From an uncultured Verrucomicrobiae bacterium (GTDB taxonomy: Bacteria; Verrucomicrobiota; Verrucomicrobiia; Limisphaerales; J093), in the NCBI GenBank assembly GCA_937946835.1, contig CALFAV010000005.1, positions 117,234-181,233 of the forward strand: a stretch of DNA of 64,000 nucleotides, given 5' to 3'. The notes under the pieces were generated by a model that saw only the letters and a list, made by a program, of their open reading frames with translations, was not told the DNA's origin and searched no databases. Position 1 is the first letter of the stretch; every line of letters starts with the position of its first letter. Made by a program: the position numbers and the translations under genes. This document shows positions 1 through 8,823 of the stretch, in pieces.

Positions 1-1068
1 CGGAAGGCCCGCACGGTGCGGATCGGGTCGAAGACCTTTCCCGTGCCGGGGGACACGTGGGAGGACTACCGGCGCGCGCTCCTGGTGAATCTGTCGCGCG
101 AGTACGTGCTCGGGGCCGGCAAGCGCGTGAACCGGCGCGCCACGTTTATCATCAAGTACCCCCAGTGGTACGACCGCTTCCACGAGCGGGGCTACGACGT
201 GGCGCAGCAGACGGCGGACTTCGACCGCATCTGGGTGGGCACCGAGACCCGCGACTACCACGACCCCCGTTGGGGCGGCACGGTGCAGTATGAAGCGTAT
301 TTCATCATGCGCTGGCTGGGCGGCCTGGGCGGGACCAAGTGCGGCGGCGGCTGGTTCGATCCGTTCGGCACCACGCCCCCCACCTACCTCGAGCAGGCGC
401 GCCAAACCATCCTCGGCGGCGCGCGCGAGACACTGTTGTTTTGCTATGGCAGCCTGCTGCGCGACACCGGCCCGGCCAACGTGGCCGCCCTGCGGGCCGA
501 AATGCCCGAACTGCTGGCCGTGGCGGAGCGGGTGCGCAAACTTCGGCCGCTGGGCGTGGCCGCCTACAAGCCGGCCAACAGCCACCCCGGAAATGAGGCG
601 CGGGTGTTTGACTTCGTGGGTATGCTGGGCCTGCCGTTGGTGCCCGGCCATGAATTTCCCGATCGGGCCCGGGCCGCTTTCTTTTCCGTGCACGCCCTGA
701 AAGACCCGCGGTTTGTCGAGCGGTTGGAACGGTTGGTCCGCGCCGGCCGGCCGGTGCTCATCACCGACGGCCTGGCCGCCAAACTCGCCGGCCGGGAAGT
801 GCTGCGTCGGCCCAACGTGCAGGTCTTGCCGGTGAAGGGCGATCCCAAGGCGCTGCTGAACCTGTCCCCGCCCGAGCTGGACCCCCTGCGCGCGCCGCTG
901 CTGCGCCCGTTCCGGACCGAGTTCCGCGCGCCGAACCGGGTGGCGCTCTACCTGTTCAACGGCCGGCGCTGGGTGGTGGAAAATTTCAACGACCAGCCGG
1001 TCACGGTCGAACTGAACGGGCAGCGCCTCGAGGTGCCGGCGCGCGGCTGGCGCTACGCGCTGCGTTGA
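1..1068 (+). CDS. Hypothetical protein, C-terminal part (5' end lies outside the window)
   Basis: The reading frame is open from nt 1, with no stop before the GTG at 16 used by the ORF track. The 350+ aa have ordinary, non-low-complexity composition (YPQWYDRFHERGYDV, WVGTETRDYHDPRWGG). No family recognised by eye. Confidence 0.6.
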   Translation, partial: RKARTVRIGSKTFPVPGDTWEDYRRALLVNLSREYVLGAGKRVNRRATFIIKYPQWYDRFHERGYDVAQQTADFDRIWVGTETRDYHDPRWGGTVQYEAYFIMRWLGGLGGTKCGGGWFDPFGTTPPTYLEQARQTILGGARETLLFCYGSLLRDTGPANVAALRAEMPELLAVAERVRKLRPLGVAAYKPANSHPGNEARVFDFVGMLGLPLVPGHEFPDRARAAFFSVHALKDPRFVERLERLVRAGRPVLITDGLAAKLAGREVLRRPNVQVLPVKGDPKALLNLSPPELDPLRAPLLRPFRTEFRAPNRVALYLFNGRRWVVENFNDQPVTVELNGQRLEVPARGWRYALR

Positions 1069-2525
1069 GCCGGCGCGGCGGGGCTGACGGTGTTGCGGGG
1101 CGGCGTGGCCACCGGCTCCACCACGGCCTCGCGCGCGCTGTAGCCCACGATGCGCACCGGAGTGCCCTTTTCGATCAGGTCGCCCTGGGTGATCACGTCC
1201 AGCACTTCCTCGCCAAACCGGGCCTTGCCGCCGGGGTGCAGGGCCGAGAGCGCCACACCTTCGCGGCCCAGCAGGCGGCGGCGCTGTTCGGAGAGTTCCC
1301 GCAGACTTTCCATCCCGCTGGCCGCGCGCGAGACCAGGATGCCGTACAGGGGGGTGTGCGGCAGGAACCGGCCCAGGATCAGGATCACCACCCCCGCACC
1401 CACGGCGGCGTAGAACAGGTCCCACAGGGGCGTTTCCAGTTGCGGCAGGGTGGGCAGGGCCGGCATCCCGGGGTAGCGGTCCACCATGGCCATCACCACC
1501 GTAACCAGCATGAGCAGTCCGCCCACCAGTCCCAGCACCACCGTGCCGGGGAACAGGAACAATTCCAGCACCACCAGCACCAGCCCCAGCACAAACAACA
1601 ACGGCCATTCCAGTCCCGACAACCCGGCGATGTAGCTGCCCAGAAAATACAGGGCCACGGCGGCCAGCCCCACGATGCCCGGCAGGCCGAAGCCGGGGGT
1701 CTTCAGCTCCAGATAGATGCCCGCCGCCCCGAGGATCAGCCACAGCCAGTTGAGCGAGTTGATCCAAAACGCCAGTTGCTCCGCGCCGGTGGGTTCGATG
1801 CGGGTGACCCGGGCCTCGGCAAAGCCCAGTCGCTCGAGCAGGACCTCGAGGTTTTCGACCGTGCCGGAGGAAAGCAGGGGTTTGGGCGGGTCACCGTATT
1901 TGCGGGCCGCCTCGGTGTCGGTCAGGGTGAGGATGTCGCCTTTGCGGTTGATGACCTGGCCGTCAATGATGACCTCGCGGTTGCGGTCAATCATGGCCTC
2001 GATGACGTCGAGGTTGTAGCCGTGTTTCTCGGCCTGGCTGCGCACCAGGGCGCGGATGGCCGAGTTCATCTTGGCCTCCATCGTGGCCGGCATGTCCTGC
2101 ACGCCGCCGCCGGGGATCATGAGGATGGGCGCGGCCGCGCCGATGACGCTCTGGGGCACCATGTAAATCTGCTCGGTGGCCACGGCGATAAAGGCCCCGG
2201 CTGAAAACGCCCGGTCGTTGACCAGCGTGACTTTGCGCCCCTTGAACTGCCCGAGAATGCGGATGATCTCCTCGGTCACGTCCACGCGGCCACCGTCGGT
2301 CTTCATGTCCAGCACCAGCAGGTCGGCCCGCGCGTCCATGGCCTGCTTGACGCCGCGCCGCACCAGATAGGTCAGGGGCGGCATGATGTCCTCGCGGATG
2401 GGCAGCACGAACACCTGCCGGCGGGAAGCCTCGTCGGACTCGGCAGCACACATCCCCTGCGGGACCGGTGCCCCGACCGCGAGGCCCAGCATCAACCAAG
2501 GGAACAACCTGCCCGGCATCTTCAT
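1053..2525 (-). CDS. NfeD-family membrane-bound serine protease (ClpP/SppA class)
   Basis: Signal peptide, then a ClpP/SppA-like peptidase region (LLVLDMKTDGGRVDV, NDRAFSAGAFIAVA). A block of about 5 hydrophobic helices follows, then a C-terminal NfeD OB-fold-like tail (GKARFGEEVLDVITQGDLIEKGTPVRIVG). Confidence 0.8.
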   Translation of the reverse strand: MKMPGRLFPWLMLGLAVGAPVPQGMCAAESDEASRRQVFVLPIREDIMPPLTYLVRRGVKQAMDARADLLVLDMKTDGGRVDVTEEIIRILGQFKGRKVTLVNDRAFSAGAFIAVATEQIYMVPQSVIGAAAPILMIPGGGVQDMPATMEAKMNSAIRALVRSQAEKHGYNLDVIEAMIDRNREVIIDGQVINRKGDILTLTDTEAARKYGDPPKPLLSSGTVENLEVLLERLGFAEARVTRIEPTGAEQLAFWINSLNWLWLILGAAGIYLELKTPGFGLPGIVGLAAVALYFLGSYIAGLSGLEWPLLFVLGLVLVVLELFLFPGTVVLGLVGGLLMLVTVVMAMVDRYPGMPALPTLPQLETPLWDLFYAAVGAGVVILILGRFLPHTPLYGILVSRAASGMESLRELSEQRRRLLGREGVALSALHPGGKARFGEEVLDVITQGDLIEKGTPVRIVGYSAREAVVEPVATPPRNTVSPAAPAQRSA

Positions 2526-2574
2526 GAAGACACCCTACTGCCGCGCGCGGGCGCGGGCAAGGCGGCCCGGCGTC

Positions 2575-3564
2575 TCAGGCCGGACCGTGGCGCACCACCA
2601 CCACCGGGCACGGCGCGTGGCGCAGAATGCGCTCCGCCGTGCTGCCCAGCAGGATGTGCTTCAACCCGGTGTAGCCGTGCGTGCCGGCCACGATCAGGTC
2701 CGCCGCTTCCTGCCGCGCCAGTTCGACCACCTCATTCCACGGTACCCCGCTCAGCAACCGACCCCGGGCCGGCACTCCCGCCGCCCGCAGCGCCGCCACC
2801 GCCTTGTCCAACTGCTGCTGGGCGCTCTGCCGGGCGTTGTCCTCGAAGGCCTGCGTGTCAATCTCGGCCAGATTCGGGTCCACGAACGGCTTTTCGGTCA
2901 CGTGCGCCAGCACCAGCTCGGCCTGAAACCGGCCCGCCACCTGCCGGGCATAGGCCAGGGCTTCCTGCGACGGCTCCGAGAAATCCGTGGGCATCAACAC
3001 CCGCCGCAGAACAAAGGTCGGTTCTTCACCCGCCGCCCCGGGTGCCGCCCCGGAGGGGACGCTCGGCCGCCGCACCACCCAGACCGGGCAGGGGGCGTGG
3101 CGCACCACCCGTTCGGCCGTGCTGCCCAGCAACACATGTTTCAGGCCGGTAAACCCGTGGGTGGTCACCACCACCAGGTCCGCCGCCAGCCCGCGCGCCG
3201 CTTCGGCGATTTCCAGAAACGGCCGGCCCACCCGCAGTCGGGCCTCGGCTGTCACCCCGCGCTTTTGCAAATCGCGCACCAGTTCTTCCAGACGCTGGCG
3301 GGCGCTCTGATGCAGCCCCGACTCCACCTCCCCGGAAAGCACCGGGGCGTAACCCAGATCGGTCGGGTAGGCCAGCGGCTCGGCCACGTGCAACAGATGC
3401 AGCGTGGCACCGGTCAACCGGGCCAGGGCCTCGGCGGTGGGCAGGGCTTGAAAACTGTGGGCCGAAAGATCCAGCGGCAGCAACAGGCGGCGCGGGGGAA
3501 AGCGGGCGGCCGCCTCGCGGGCCGGCGCCTCGGCGGTCGGCGTGGACTGGGTCGTGACACTCAT
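2575..3564 (-). CDS. Universal stress protein, tandem UspA domains
   Basis: Two UspA-like halves each end in the nucleotide-binding style motif: THGFTGLKHVLLGSTAERVVRHAPCPVWVV and THGYTGLKHILLGSTAERILRHAPCPVVVV. Confidence 0.85.
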   Translation of the reverse strand: MSVTTQSTPTAEAPAREAAARFPPRRLLLPLDLSAHSFQALPTAEALARLTGATLHLLHVAEPLAYPTDLGYAPVLSGEVESGLHQSARQRLEELVRDLQKRGVTAEARLRVGRPFLEIAEAARGLAADLVVVTTHGFTGLKHVLLGSTAERVVRHAPCPVWVVRRPSVPSGAAPGAAGEEPTFVLRRVLMPTDFSEPSQEALAYARQVAGRFQAELVLAHVTEKPFVDPNLAEIDTQAFEDNARQSAQQQLDKAVAALRAAGVPARGRLLSGVPWNEVVELARQEAADLIVAGTHGYTGLKHILLGSTAERILRHAPCPVVVVRHGPA

Positions 3565-3793
3565 GGCGATTGGTGTGGTGCTGAAACAACCATACCGACG
3601 ACGGTCGGTTTCTCAACCCCCAGTCGGGGTGGTGCAGGTGAAAAACGGGGCATGGGATTTGCTCAGCAAAATGCTGCCGGACCTGCTTGACACGGAGGGC
3701 GCAGAGCGCCGGCGGCAACGAATGGCACACGCACTGAATTCTCGACCCACCCCGCCGGTCGGCCGGGCGCTGCACCGGTACTCGGCCCGGCGC

Positions 3794-4054
3794 ATGTCCA
3801 AGCCGGTGACCTTCATCTTCGTTGCGCCCGGGGCGCGCCAGGTGAGCCTGGTGGGCGATTTCAACCACTGGCAACCACAGGCGCATCCCATGCAACGCCA
3901 GCCCGATGGGGCCTGGATCGTGCAGGTGCCCCTGCACCACGGTCACCACCTTTACCGCTTCCTGGTGGACGGCCGGCCGGTGTTGGACCCCCGCGCCCAG
4001 GGCGTGGCGCGGGACGCCCGGAACGAGCCGGCATCCGTGCGGGCGGTTAGTTGA
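3794..4054 (+). CDS. Small stand-alone glycogen-binding (CBM48 / AMPK-beta-like) domain protein
   Basis: VTFIFVAPGARQVSLVGDFNHWQPQAHPMQRQPDGAWIVQVPLHHGHHLYRFLVDG matches the CBM48/isoamylase N-terminal pattern. Start chosen at ATG 3794, where the domain begins. In-frame alternatives are at 3722, 3671 and the track start 3542. Confidence 0.65.
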   Translation: MSKPVTFIFVAPGARQVSLVGDFNHWQPQAHPMQRQPDGAWIVQVPLHHGHHLYRFLVDGRPVLDPRAQGVARDARNEPASVRAVS

Positions 4055-5150
4055 GTGGTCTGCCGCCGGCCGGGTCTGCCCGGCCTTCGCCGTTTTTGCC
4101 AGAGCGTTGCTCCCGAAAAAACTCGAGCAACAGACGGCGACATTCCTCCAGTCGCACGCCGGCCGTGATCTGGCAGCGGTGGTTGGCATCGGGCCATTGC
4201 AGCAGGTTGAGCGCGCCCCCGGCGGCCCCCAACCGGGGATCGGGCGCGCCGTACACCACGCGGCCGACCCGGGCTTGAACCAGGGCGCCGGCGCACATCG
4301 GGCAGGGTTCCTTGGTCACGTAAAGGGTGCAGTCGTTCAAGCGCCAGTCGCCCAGGGCGGCCTGAGCCTGGGTCAGGGCCAGCATCTCGGCGTGAGCCGT
4401 GGCGTCCTTGAGCAGCTCGACCTGGTTGTGCGCGCGGGCAATCACCCGACCGGCGTGCACCACCACCGAGCCCACAGGCACCTCGGCGGCGGCCGCCGCC
4501 CGACGCGCTTGGCGCAATGCCTCGGTCATGAAGTGGTCGTCGCTGTGCAGGTCAATCACCGGGCCCGGCGGGACCTCGGCGGGCGACCCGGCCGCGGTCG
4601 GGGCCGGCACCTCCGGCGAGATTACGGACGAGATGGTGTCCGGCACCGCGGGGCGGCGTTTGCGCGTTTCCTCGACCAGCCATGCGCGGCGGCCGTCCGG
4701 ATGCACATGGCAATGGGCGGCGAAAAATCCGCCCCGGTGTCGCCAGAACAGCGGCCAGATCATTTCCCGGTCGGTCTCGGGCAGATTCAACCCGTCCAGC
4801 GCGGTGCGGGGGAAAAAGGCGAACCGACCTTCGGGGCCGGGAGGCGGGAGCCGCTCCAGACGCGGCTTGACCTCGAACAGGAACATCAGCCAGTGGGCCT
4901 GCCCTTCGTAGCCGTGTTCGCTCACCAGCCCGACCAGGTGCAGGTCGCGCGGGGACAGGTCCAGTCCCAATTCCTCGCGCGCCTCGCGGCAGGCGCAGGC
5001 GTGGGGGGACTCGCCCGCGTCGGTGTGGAGCTTGCCCCCCGGGGGGCTCCAGAGGCCGCGGTTGGGCTCGCGGGCGCGCTCCAGGAGCAGCACCTCGTCG
5101 CGGCGGTTGAAGCAGTACAGGAGGGTGGAGATCAGGTAGGGGAAGCCCAT
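4047..5150 (-). CDS. tadA: Nudix hydrolase fused in frame to tRNA adenosine(34) deaminase TadA
   Basis: ATG at 5148-5150, 5 nt below the dxr stop. N-terminal Nudix box GGKLHTDAGESPHACACREAREELGL, then a Pro-rich linker. The C-terminal CDA-fold domain carries HAE (TAHAEMLAL) and PCxxC (EPCPMCAGAL). No stop separates the two domains. The 120 upstream codons of the track ORF (5151-5510) overlap dxr and are rejected. Confidence 0.75.
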   Translation of the reverse strand: MGFPYLISTLLYCFNRRDEVLLLERAREPNRGLWSPPGGKLHTDAGESPHACACREAREELGLDLSPRDLHLVGLVSEHGYEGQAHWLMFLFEVKPRLERLPPPGPEGRFAFFPRTALDGLNLPETDREMIWPLFWRHRGGFFAAHCHVHPDGRRAWLVEETRKRRPAVPDTISSVISPEVPAPTAAGSPAEVPPGPVIDLHSDDHFMTEALRQARRAAAAAEVPVGSVVVHAGRVIARAHNQVELLKDATAHAEMLALTQAQAALGDWRLNDCTLYVTKEPCPMCAGALVQARVGRVVYGAPDPRLGAAGGALNLLQWPDANHRCQITAGVRLEECRRLLLEFFREQRSGKNGEGRADPAGGRPLN

Positions 5151-5155
5151 GCGGG

Positions 5156-6298
5156 TTACCGGCCGGACCGGGCGGCGGCGCGCGCCCAGGCATCGGCCTC
5201 GAGGAGTTGCTCCAGCGTGGGGTGTTCCACCACCTGGTGACGGTCCATGACCCGGGCCACGGTCTCGGTGATGGCGGGGAAGTTGATGCGCCGCGCGCAG
5301 AAGGCCTCGACCGCGACCTCGTTGGCGGCGTTGAGCACCGCGGGCAGGGTGCCGCCCACCGTGCCGGCGCGCCGCGCCAGGCGCAGGGCGGGGAAACGGT
5401 CCTCGTCCGGCGCCTCGAAGGTGAGTTGGCCGATGCGGGTGAAGTCGGTTTGCACCCGCGCGCTGGGGACCCGCTCGGGATAGGTCAGGGCGCACTGAAT
5501 GGGCAGGCACATGTCCGGGGTGGAAAGTTGCGCCAGCAGCGAGCCGTCCACAAACTCGACCATCGAATGGACCACGCTTTGCGGGTGAACGAGCACGCCC
5601 ACGCGGGCCATTTCGACGTCAAAAAGCCAGCGGGCCTCGATCATCTCCAGGCCCTTGTTGAACAGGGTGGCCGAATCAATGGTGATCTTGCGGCCCATCA
5701 CCCAGGAGGGATGGGCCAGCGCGCGCTCGACCGTGATGGCGGCAAATTCGGACTTGGGGGTTTGGCGGAATGGCCCGCCCGAGGCGGTCAACCAGAGCCG
5801 CCGCACCGAAGCGGCCGGCCGACCGTCCAGGCATTGGAAGATGGCGGAATGTTCGCTGTCCACCGGCAACACCCGCACGCCGTGCCGCCGGGCCTCGGCC
5901 ATCACGATTTCGCCGGCCAGCACCAGGATTTCCTTCGAAGCCACGGCGAGGTCCTTGCCGGCACGGATGGCGGCCAGTGCGGGTTGGAGTCCGGCCGTGC
6001 CCACGATGGCAATGAGCACGATGTCCGCGGCGGGCAGGGTGGCCAGGCGCACGAGCCCTTCGGGGCCGGCCAGGACCGCGGGCCGGGAGCCCACCGCGCG
6101 GGCCAGTTCGGCCGCGGCGGCCGGGTCGCTCAGGCAAACCGCCTCGGGCTGGAAGCGGCGGATTTGGTCCAGCAACGGCCCGGCGTTGCGGCCGGCAGCC
6201 AGGCCCACCACGCGCAGGCGGTCGGGCAGGTCGGCCACGACCTTGAGGGTGCTGGTGCCGATCGAGCCGGTGCTGCCGAGCAGAACAACGTTCTTCAT
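5156..6298 (-). CDS. dxr: 1-deoxy-D-xylulose 5-phosphate reductoisomerase
   Basis: N-terminal NADPH-binding LLGSTGSIGTSTL, the central LPVDSEHSAIFQCL motif, full-length Dxr-like sequence, and the classical cdsA-dxr neighbourhood. Confidence 0.95.
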   Translation of the reverse strand: MKNVVLLGSTGSIGTSTLKVVADLPDRLRVVGLAAGRNAGPLLDQIRRFQPEAVCLSDPAAAAELARAVGSRPAVLAGPEGLVRLATLPAADIVLIAIVGTAGLQPALAAIRAGKDLAVASKEILVLAGEIVMAEARRHGVRVLPVDSEHSAIFQCLDGRPAASVRRLWLTASGGPFRQTPKSEFAAITVERALAHPSWVMGRKITIDSATLFNKGLEMIEARWLFDVEMARVGVLVHPQSVVHSMVEFVDGSLLAQLSTPDMCLPIQCALTYPERVPSARVQTDFTRIGQLTFEAPDEDRFPALRLARRAGTVGGTLPAVLNAANEVAVEAFCARRINFPAITETVARVMDRHQVVEHPTLEQLLEADAWARAAARSGR

Positions 6299-6345
6299 GC
6301 TGCGCCAAATACCCTACCCGGGAGGAGCCGGCGACGGAAGGGGGT

Positions 6346-7263
6346 TTACCCCGGCCGGGTCAGCACGTGCCGCAGGTACAGATACATCAGCGGCGCGTTG
6401 AAGAGAATGCTGTCCAACAGGTCCAGGATACCGCCGATGCCCGGGAACATCCGCCCCGAGTCCTTGACCCCGACCTCGCGCTTGAACAGCGACTCGATGA
6501 GGTCTCCGACCACCGCGCCCACCGCCAGGATCAGCCCCAGCACCACCGCATGACCGGCGTGCATCCCGGCCAGGCGCGCCCCGGCCAGGTGCACCAGGGC
6601 CAGACTGGCGGCCACCGAAAAAGTCACCGCGCCCGCGAAGCCCTCCCAGGTCTTTCCGGGGCTGATGTGCGGGGCCATTTTGTGCCGGCCAAACAGCGAC
6701 CCCGCCACGTACGCGCCGGTGTCGCTGAACTTGGTTACCACCAGGAAATAGACCAGGTACCAGCGGCCCTCGACACCCGGGAAAAAGTTGATTTTCTGGA
6801 TGAAGTTCAGCAGCCAGGGCACGTACATCAACCCGAAGAGCGTGGTGGAAATGGCCAGCAACCCGGCGCTGCTCCGGGTCACCAATTGCCGCAGACACAG
6901 CCCCAGCACGAAGATAACCAGGATACCGGTTTCGAAGTCGTTGGCTTTCGCCGGCAGCCGCGGCGCGCCTGTCAGCCCGGACAAATACACAAACGAGCTG
7001 CTGATCAGGAGCCAGCCGGCCAACATCCCCCACCCCCGGAAGCATTCCAGGCCCCGCTGCCGCACCAAGCCGTAAAATTCCCACAATCCCAAGCCTGCCA
7101 GGACCATCAGAATGCCGGCAAAGCAGGTGCCTGCCACCACCGGATGCGGCGCAAACAGCGCCCCCACCACCGCCGCCCACAAAACAAGGGAACTGGCCAG
7201 ACGACGGCGAAAAACCGCGGCGCGATCTGTGGTTGGGGCAGGCAGTGGCGGGGCATCAGCCAT
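6346..7263 (-). CDS. cdsA: Phosphatidate cytidylyltransferase (CDP-diglyceride synthase) family
   Basis: Polytopic membrane protein with GKTWEGF and a C-terminal SLFKREVGVKDSGRMFPGIGGILDLLDS signature region, located directly upstream of dxr. From memory the signature deviates from the canonical PGHGG..DRxD (here PGIGG..DLLD). Confidence 0.85.
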   Translation of the reverse strand: MADAPPLPAPTTDRAAVFRRRLASSLVLWAAVVGALFAPHPVVAGTCFAGILMVLAGLGLWEFYGLVRQRGLECFRGWGMLAGWLLISSSFVYLSGLTGAPRLPAKANDFETGILVIFVLGLCLRQLVTRSSAGLLAISTTLFGLMYVPWLLNFIQKINFFPGVEGRWYLVYFLVVTKFSDTGAYVAGSLFGRHKMAPHISPGKTWEGFAGAVTFSVAASLALVHLAGARLAGMHAGHAVVLGLILAVGAVVGDLIESLFKREVGVKDSGRMFPGIGGILDLLDSILFNAPLMYLYLRHVLTRPG

Positions 7264-7387
7264 GTTACGGGAGGATTTTTTGCAAACGCTCGGAAAAGTC
7301 GAGCCGATGCGGCGGAGGCCTCAGACCCGGCAAGGAGGCCATTCATTCACGAAACGGGTACCAGGAAAGCCCGGGCCGAAGAGGACT

Positions 7388-7410
7388 GATTTTAACCTGA
7401 GATTTTAACC
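7388..7410. repeat. Tandem direct repeat GATTTTAACC-tga-GATTTTAACC, function unknown
   Basis: Read directly at 7388-7397 and 7401-7410. It is an AT-rich 10-mer duplicated in GC-rich intergenic DNA between nadA (stop 7447) and cdsA (start 7263). Confidence 0.9.
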
Positions 7411-7446
7411 CTGCAGACCGGCGGAGCTGGACTCGAGGAAGGCGGC

Positions 7447-8472
7447 TTACGGGCGCGCGGAGATTTCAAGCATCCGCTCGATGGGTCGGCGGGCGCGTTC
7501 GAGGATTTCGGCTGGCAGCTCGATGCGGGGAGCGAGCCGGACCATGCAGTCCCGCAATTTTTCGAGCGTGTTTAACTTCATGTACTTGCACTCGCTGCAA
7601 CGGCAATTGTCCGCGGGCATCCGCATGACGTCATAGACCGGCGTGCAGATGAATTCCTTGTCCGGGCATTCCTTCTGCATTCGGTGGATGATGCCCGACT
7701 CGGTCACCACGACAAACCGCCGCGCCGGACTGCTTTTGCAGTAGGCGATCATTTTCTCGGTCGAGCACACCTCGTCGGCCAGTTCCCGGACCTCGTGCAG
7801 GCTCTCGGGATGAACCACGACTTTCGCATCGGGATAGCGCTGACGCAGGCGCAACACCGCATCACGGCGGAACTCGACATGGGCGTAGCAGTTGCCCCGC
7901 CACAGGGTCATGGGACGTCCGGTGCGCTCCATGACCCATTGGCCGAGATTCTCGTCGGGTACAAAAAGCAGGTCACGGTCCGCGGGCGCAGAACGGACGA
8001 TCTTTTCGGCGTTGCCGCTGGTGCAAATGACGTCGCTGAGGGCCTTTACGGCGGCCGAGCAGTTGATGTAGGCGATGGTGTAGAAGTTCGGATTGGTGGC
8101 TTGGAGAGCGGCCAATTGATCGGGTGGGCAGCTTTCTTCCAAGGAGCAGCCGGCGTCTTTGTCGGGAAGCACGACAATTTTCTCGGGATTCAGAATCTTC
8201 GCCGTCTCAGCCATGAAATGGACCCCACAGAAAACGATAACGTCCGCTTTGGTTTTCGCCGCCTGTTGCGCCAAGCCGAGGGAATCGCCCACGTAGTCGG
8301 CCACATCTTGAATTTCTGGAATCTGGTAATTGTGGGCCAAAATGACGGCGTTAAGGCGTCGGCGCAGCTCGAGAATTTCCAAGGTTAATTCCTCGCGCCG
8401 CGCCGCGGCCAATGGTAGCCGATGAACGGGTCTGGCATCGGCGTTCGACGCCGTATTCATGACATCAATCAC
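7447..8472 (-). CDS. nadA: Quinolinate synthase
   Basis: ILAHNYQIPEIQDVADYVGDSLGLA, VFCGVHFMAETAKIL and conserved Cys residues across the full length are typical of NadA. Confidence 0.95.
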   Translation of the reverse strand: MIDVMNTASNADARPVHRLPLAAARREELTLEILELRRRLNAVILAHNYQIPEIQDVADYVGDSLGLAQQAAKTKADVIVFCGVHFMAETAKILNPEKIVVLPDKDAGCSLEESCPPDQLAALQATNPNFYTIAYINCSAAVKALSDVICTSGNAEKIVRSAPADRDLLFVPDENLGQWVMERTGRPMTLWRGNCYAHVEFRRDAVLRLRQRYPDAKVVVHPESLHEVRELADEVCSTEKMIAYCKSSPARRFVVVTESGIIHRMQKECPDKEFICTPVYDVMRMPADNCRCSECKYMKLNTLEKLRDCMVRLAPRIELPAEILERARRPIERMLEISARP

Positions 8473-8721
8473 GTAAAAATCGTAGGCCGTTGCCGCCGAA
8501 GACGCAACTTCATGGGTCCTGGCAAGGAACCGAATAGCTCTTTGTAAAAGGAGCAGTAACTAGACACTTGTCGGAAAAGCTTTCTGTATCGGAGAATATT
8601 TTTAAGTTGCTTGGAATCAGGAATAAACAATTAAAGTCAAATGCCTTCGTGTCGGGATTCATGACACATTCTGGGTAAAGTGTAAATCTCAGTATATCGT
8701 ATTTAGGTTTAAATTGACTGG

Positions 8722-8752
8722 TTACCAATTAGTTGTGTACGGGCATTGGTAA
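8722..8752. repeat. Inverted repeat TTACCAAT-N15-ATTGGTAA in the AT-rich region upstream of a PEP-CTERM gene
   Basis: Arms at 8722-8729 and 8745-8752 are exact reverse complements. The repeat lies 72-102 nt upstream of the ATG at 8824. It could be an operator or a leader hairpin; function unknown. Confidence 0.8.
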
Positions 8753-8823
8753 TTGGCATAATTCTAGATAGCGAAGACCTCACGGATTGATCATCGCCGA
8801 GTTAGGTAAACCATTGGGAACTT

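Noticed and set aside
5151-5510. A 120-codon N-terminal extension of the Nudix-TadA ORF. Similar long extensions occur on the ORFs at 33314-36187, 36662-38011 and 9819-12971.
   Set aside because: The extensions overlap the upstream well-supported genes (dxr, GldG, ABC ATPase, cupin) and are Arg/Gly/Pro-rich. Internal ATGs immediately downstream of the neighbouring stop codons give sensible N-termini (TM helices or domain starts).
7262-7408. 49-codon plus-strand ORF (MLREDFLQTLGKVEP...) preceded by GGGAGGA-like sequence in the cdsA-nadA spacer.
   Set aside because: Its ATG overlaps the cdsA start codon on the opposite strand, and the GGAGG lies inside the ORF rather than upstream of it. The product is basic and featureless, so it is likely fortuitous.
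8510-8728. 72-aa minus-strand ORF in the AT-rich nadA/PEP-CTERM intergenic region.
   Set aside because: It has no signal, TM or domain features, and its codon usage is unlike every credible gene in the window. AT-rich DNA in a GC-rich genome is more likely a promoter or regulatory region. A tiny gene cannot be excluded without expression data.
8716-8757. Possible shared regulatory motif GGT(T/A)ACCAATT, present upstream of both PEP-CTERM genes (8720-8730 and 63946-63956).
   Set aside because: The two copies are in opposite orientation and at different distances relative to their genes. My rough estimate gives about 1-2 such 11-mers with one mismatch expected by chance between the two regions. 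This is not distinguishable from coincidence in AT-rich DNA.
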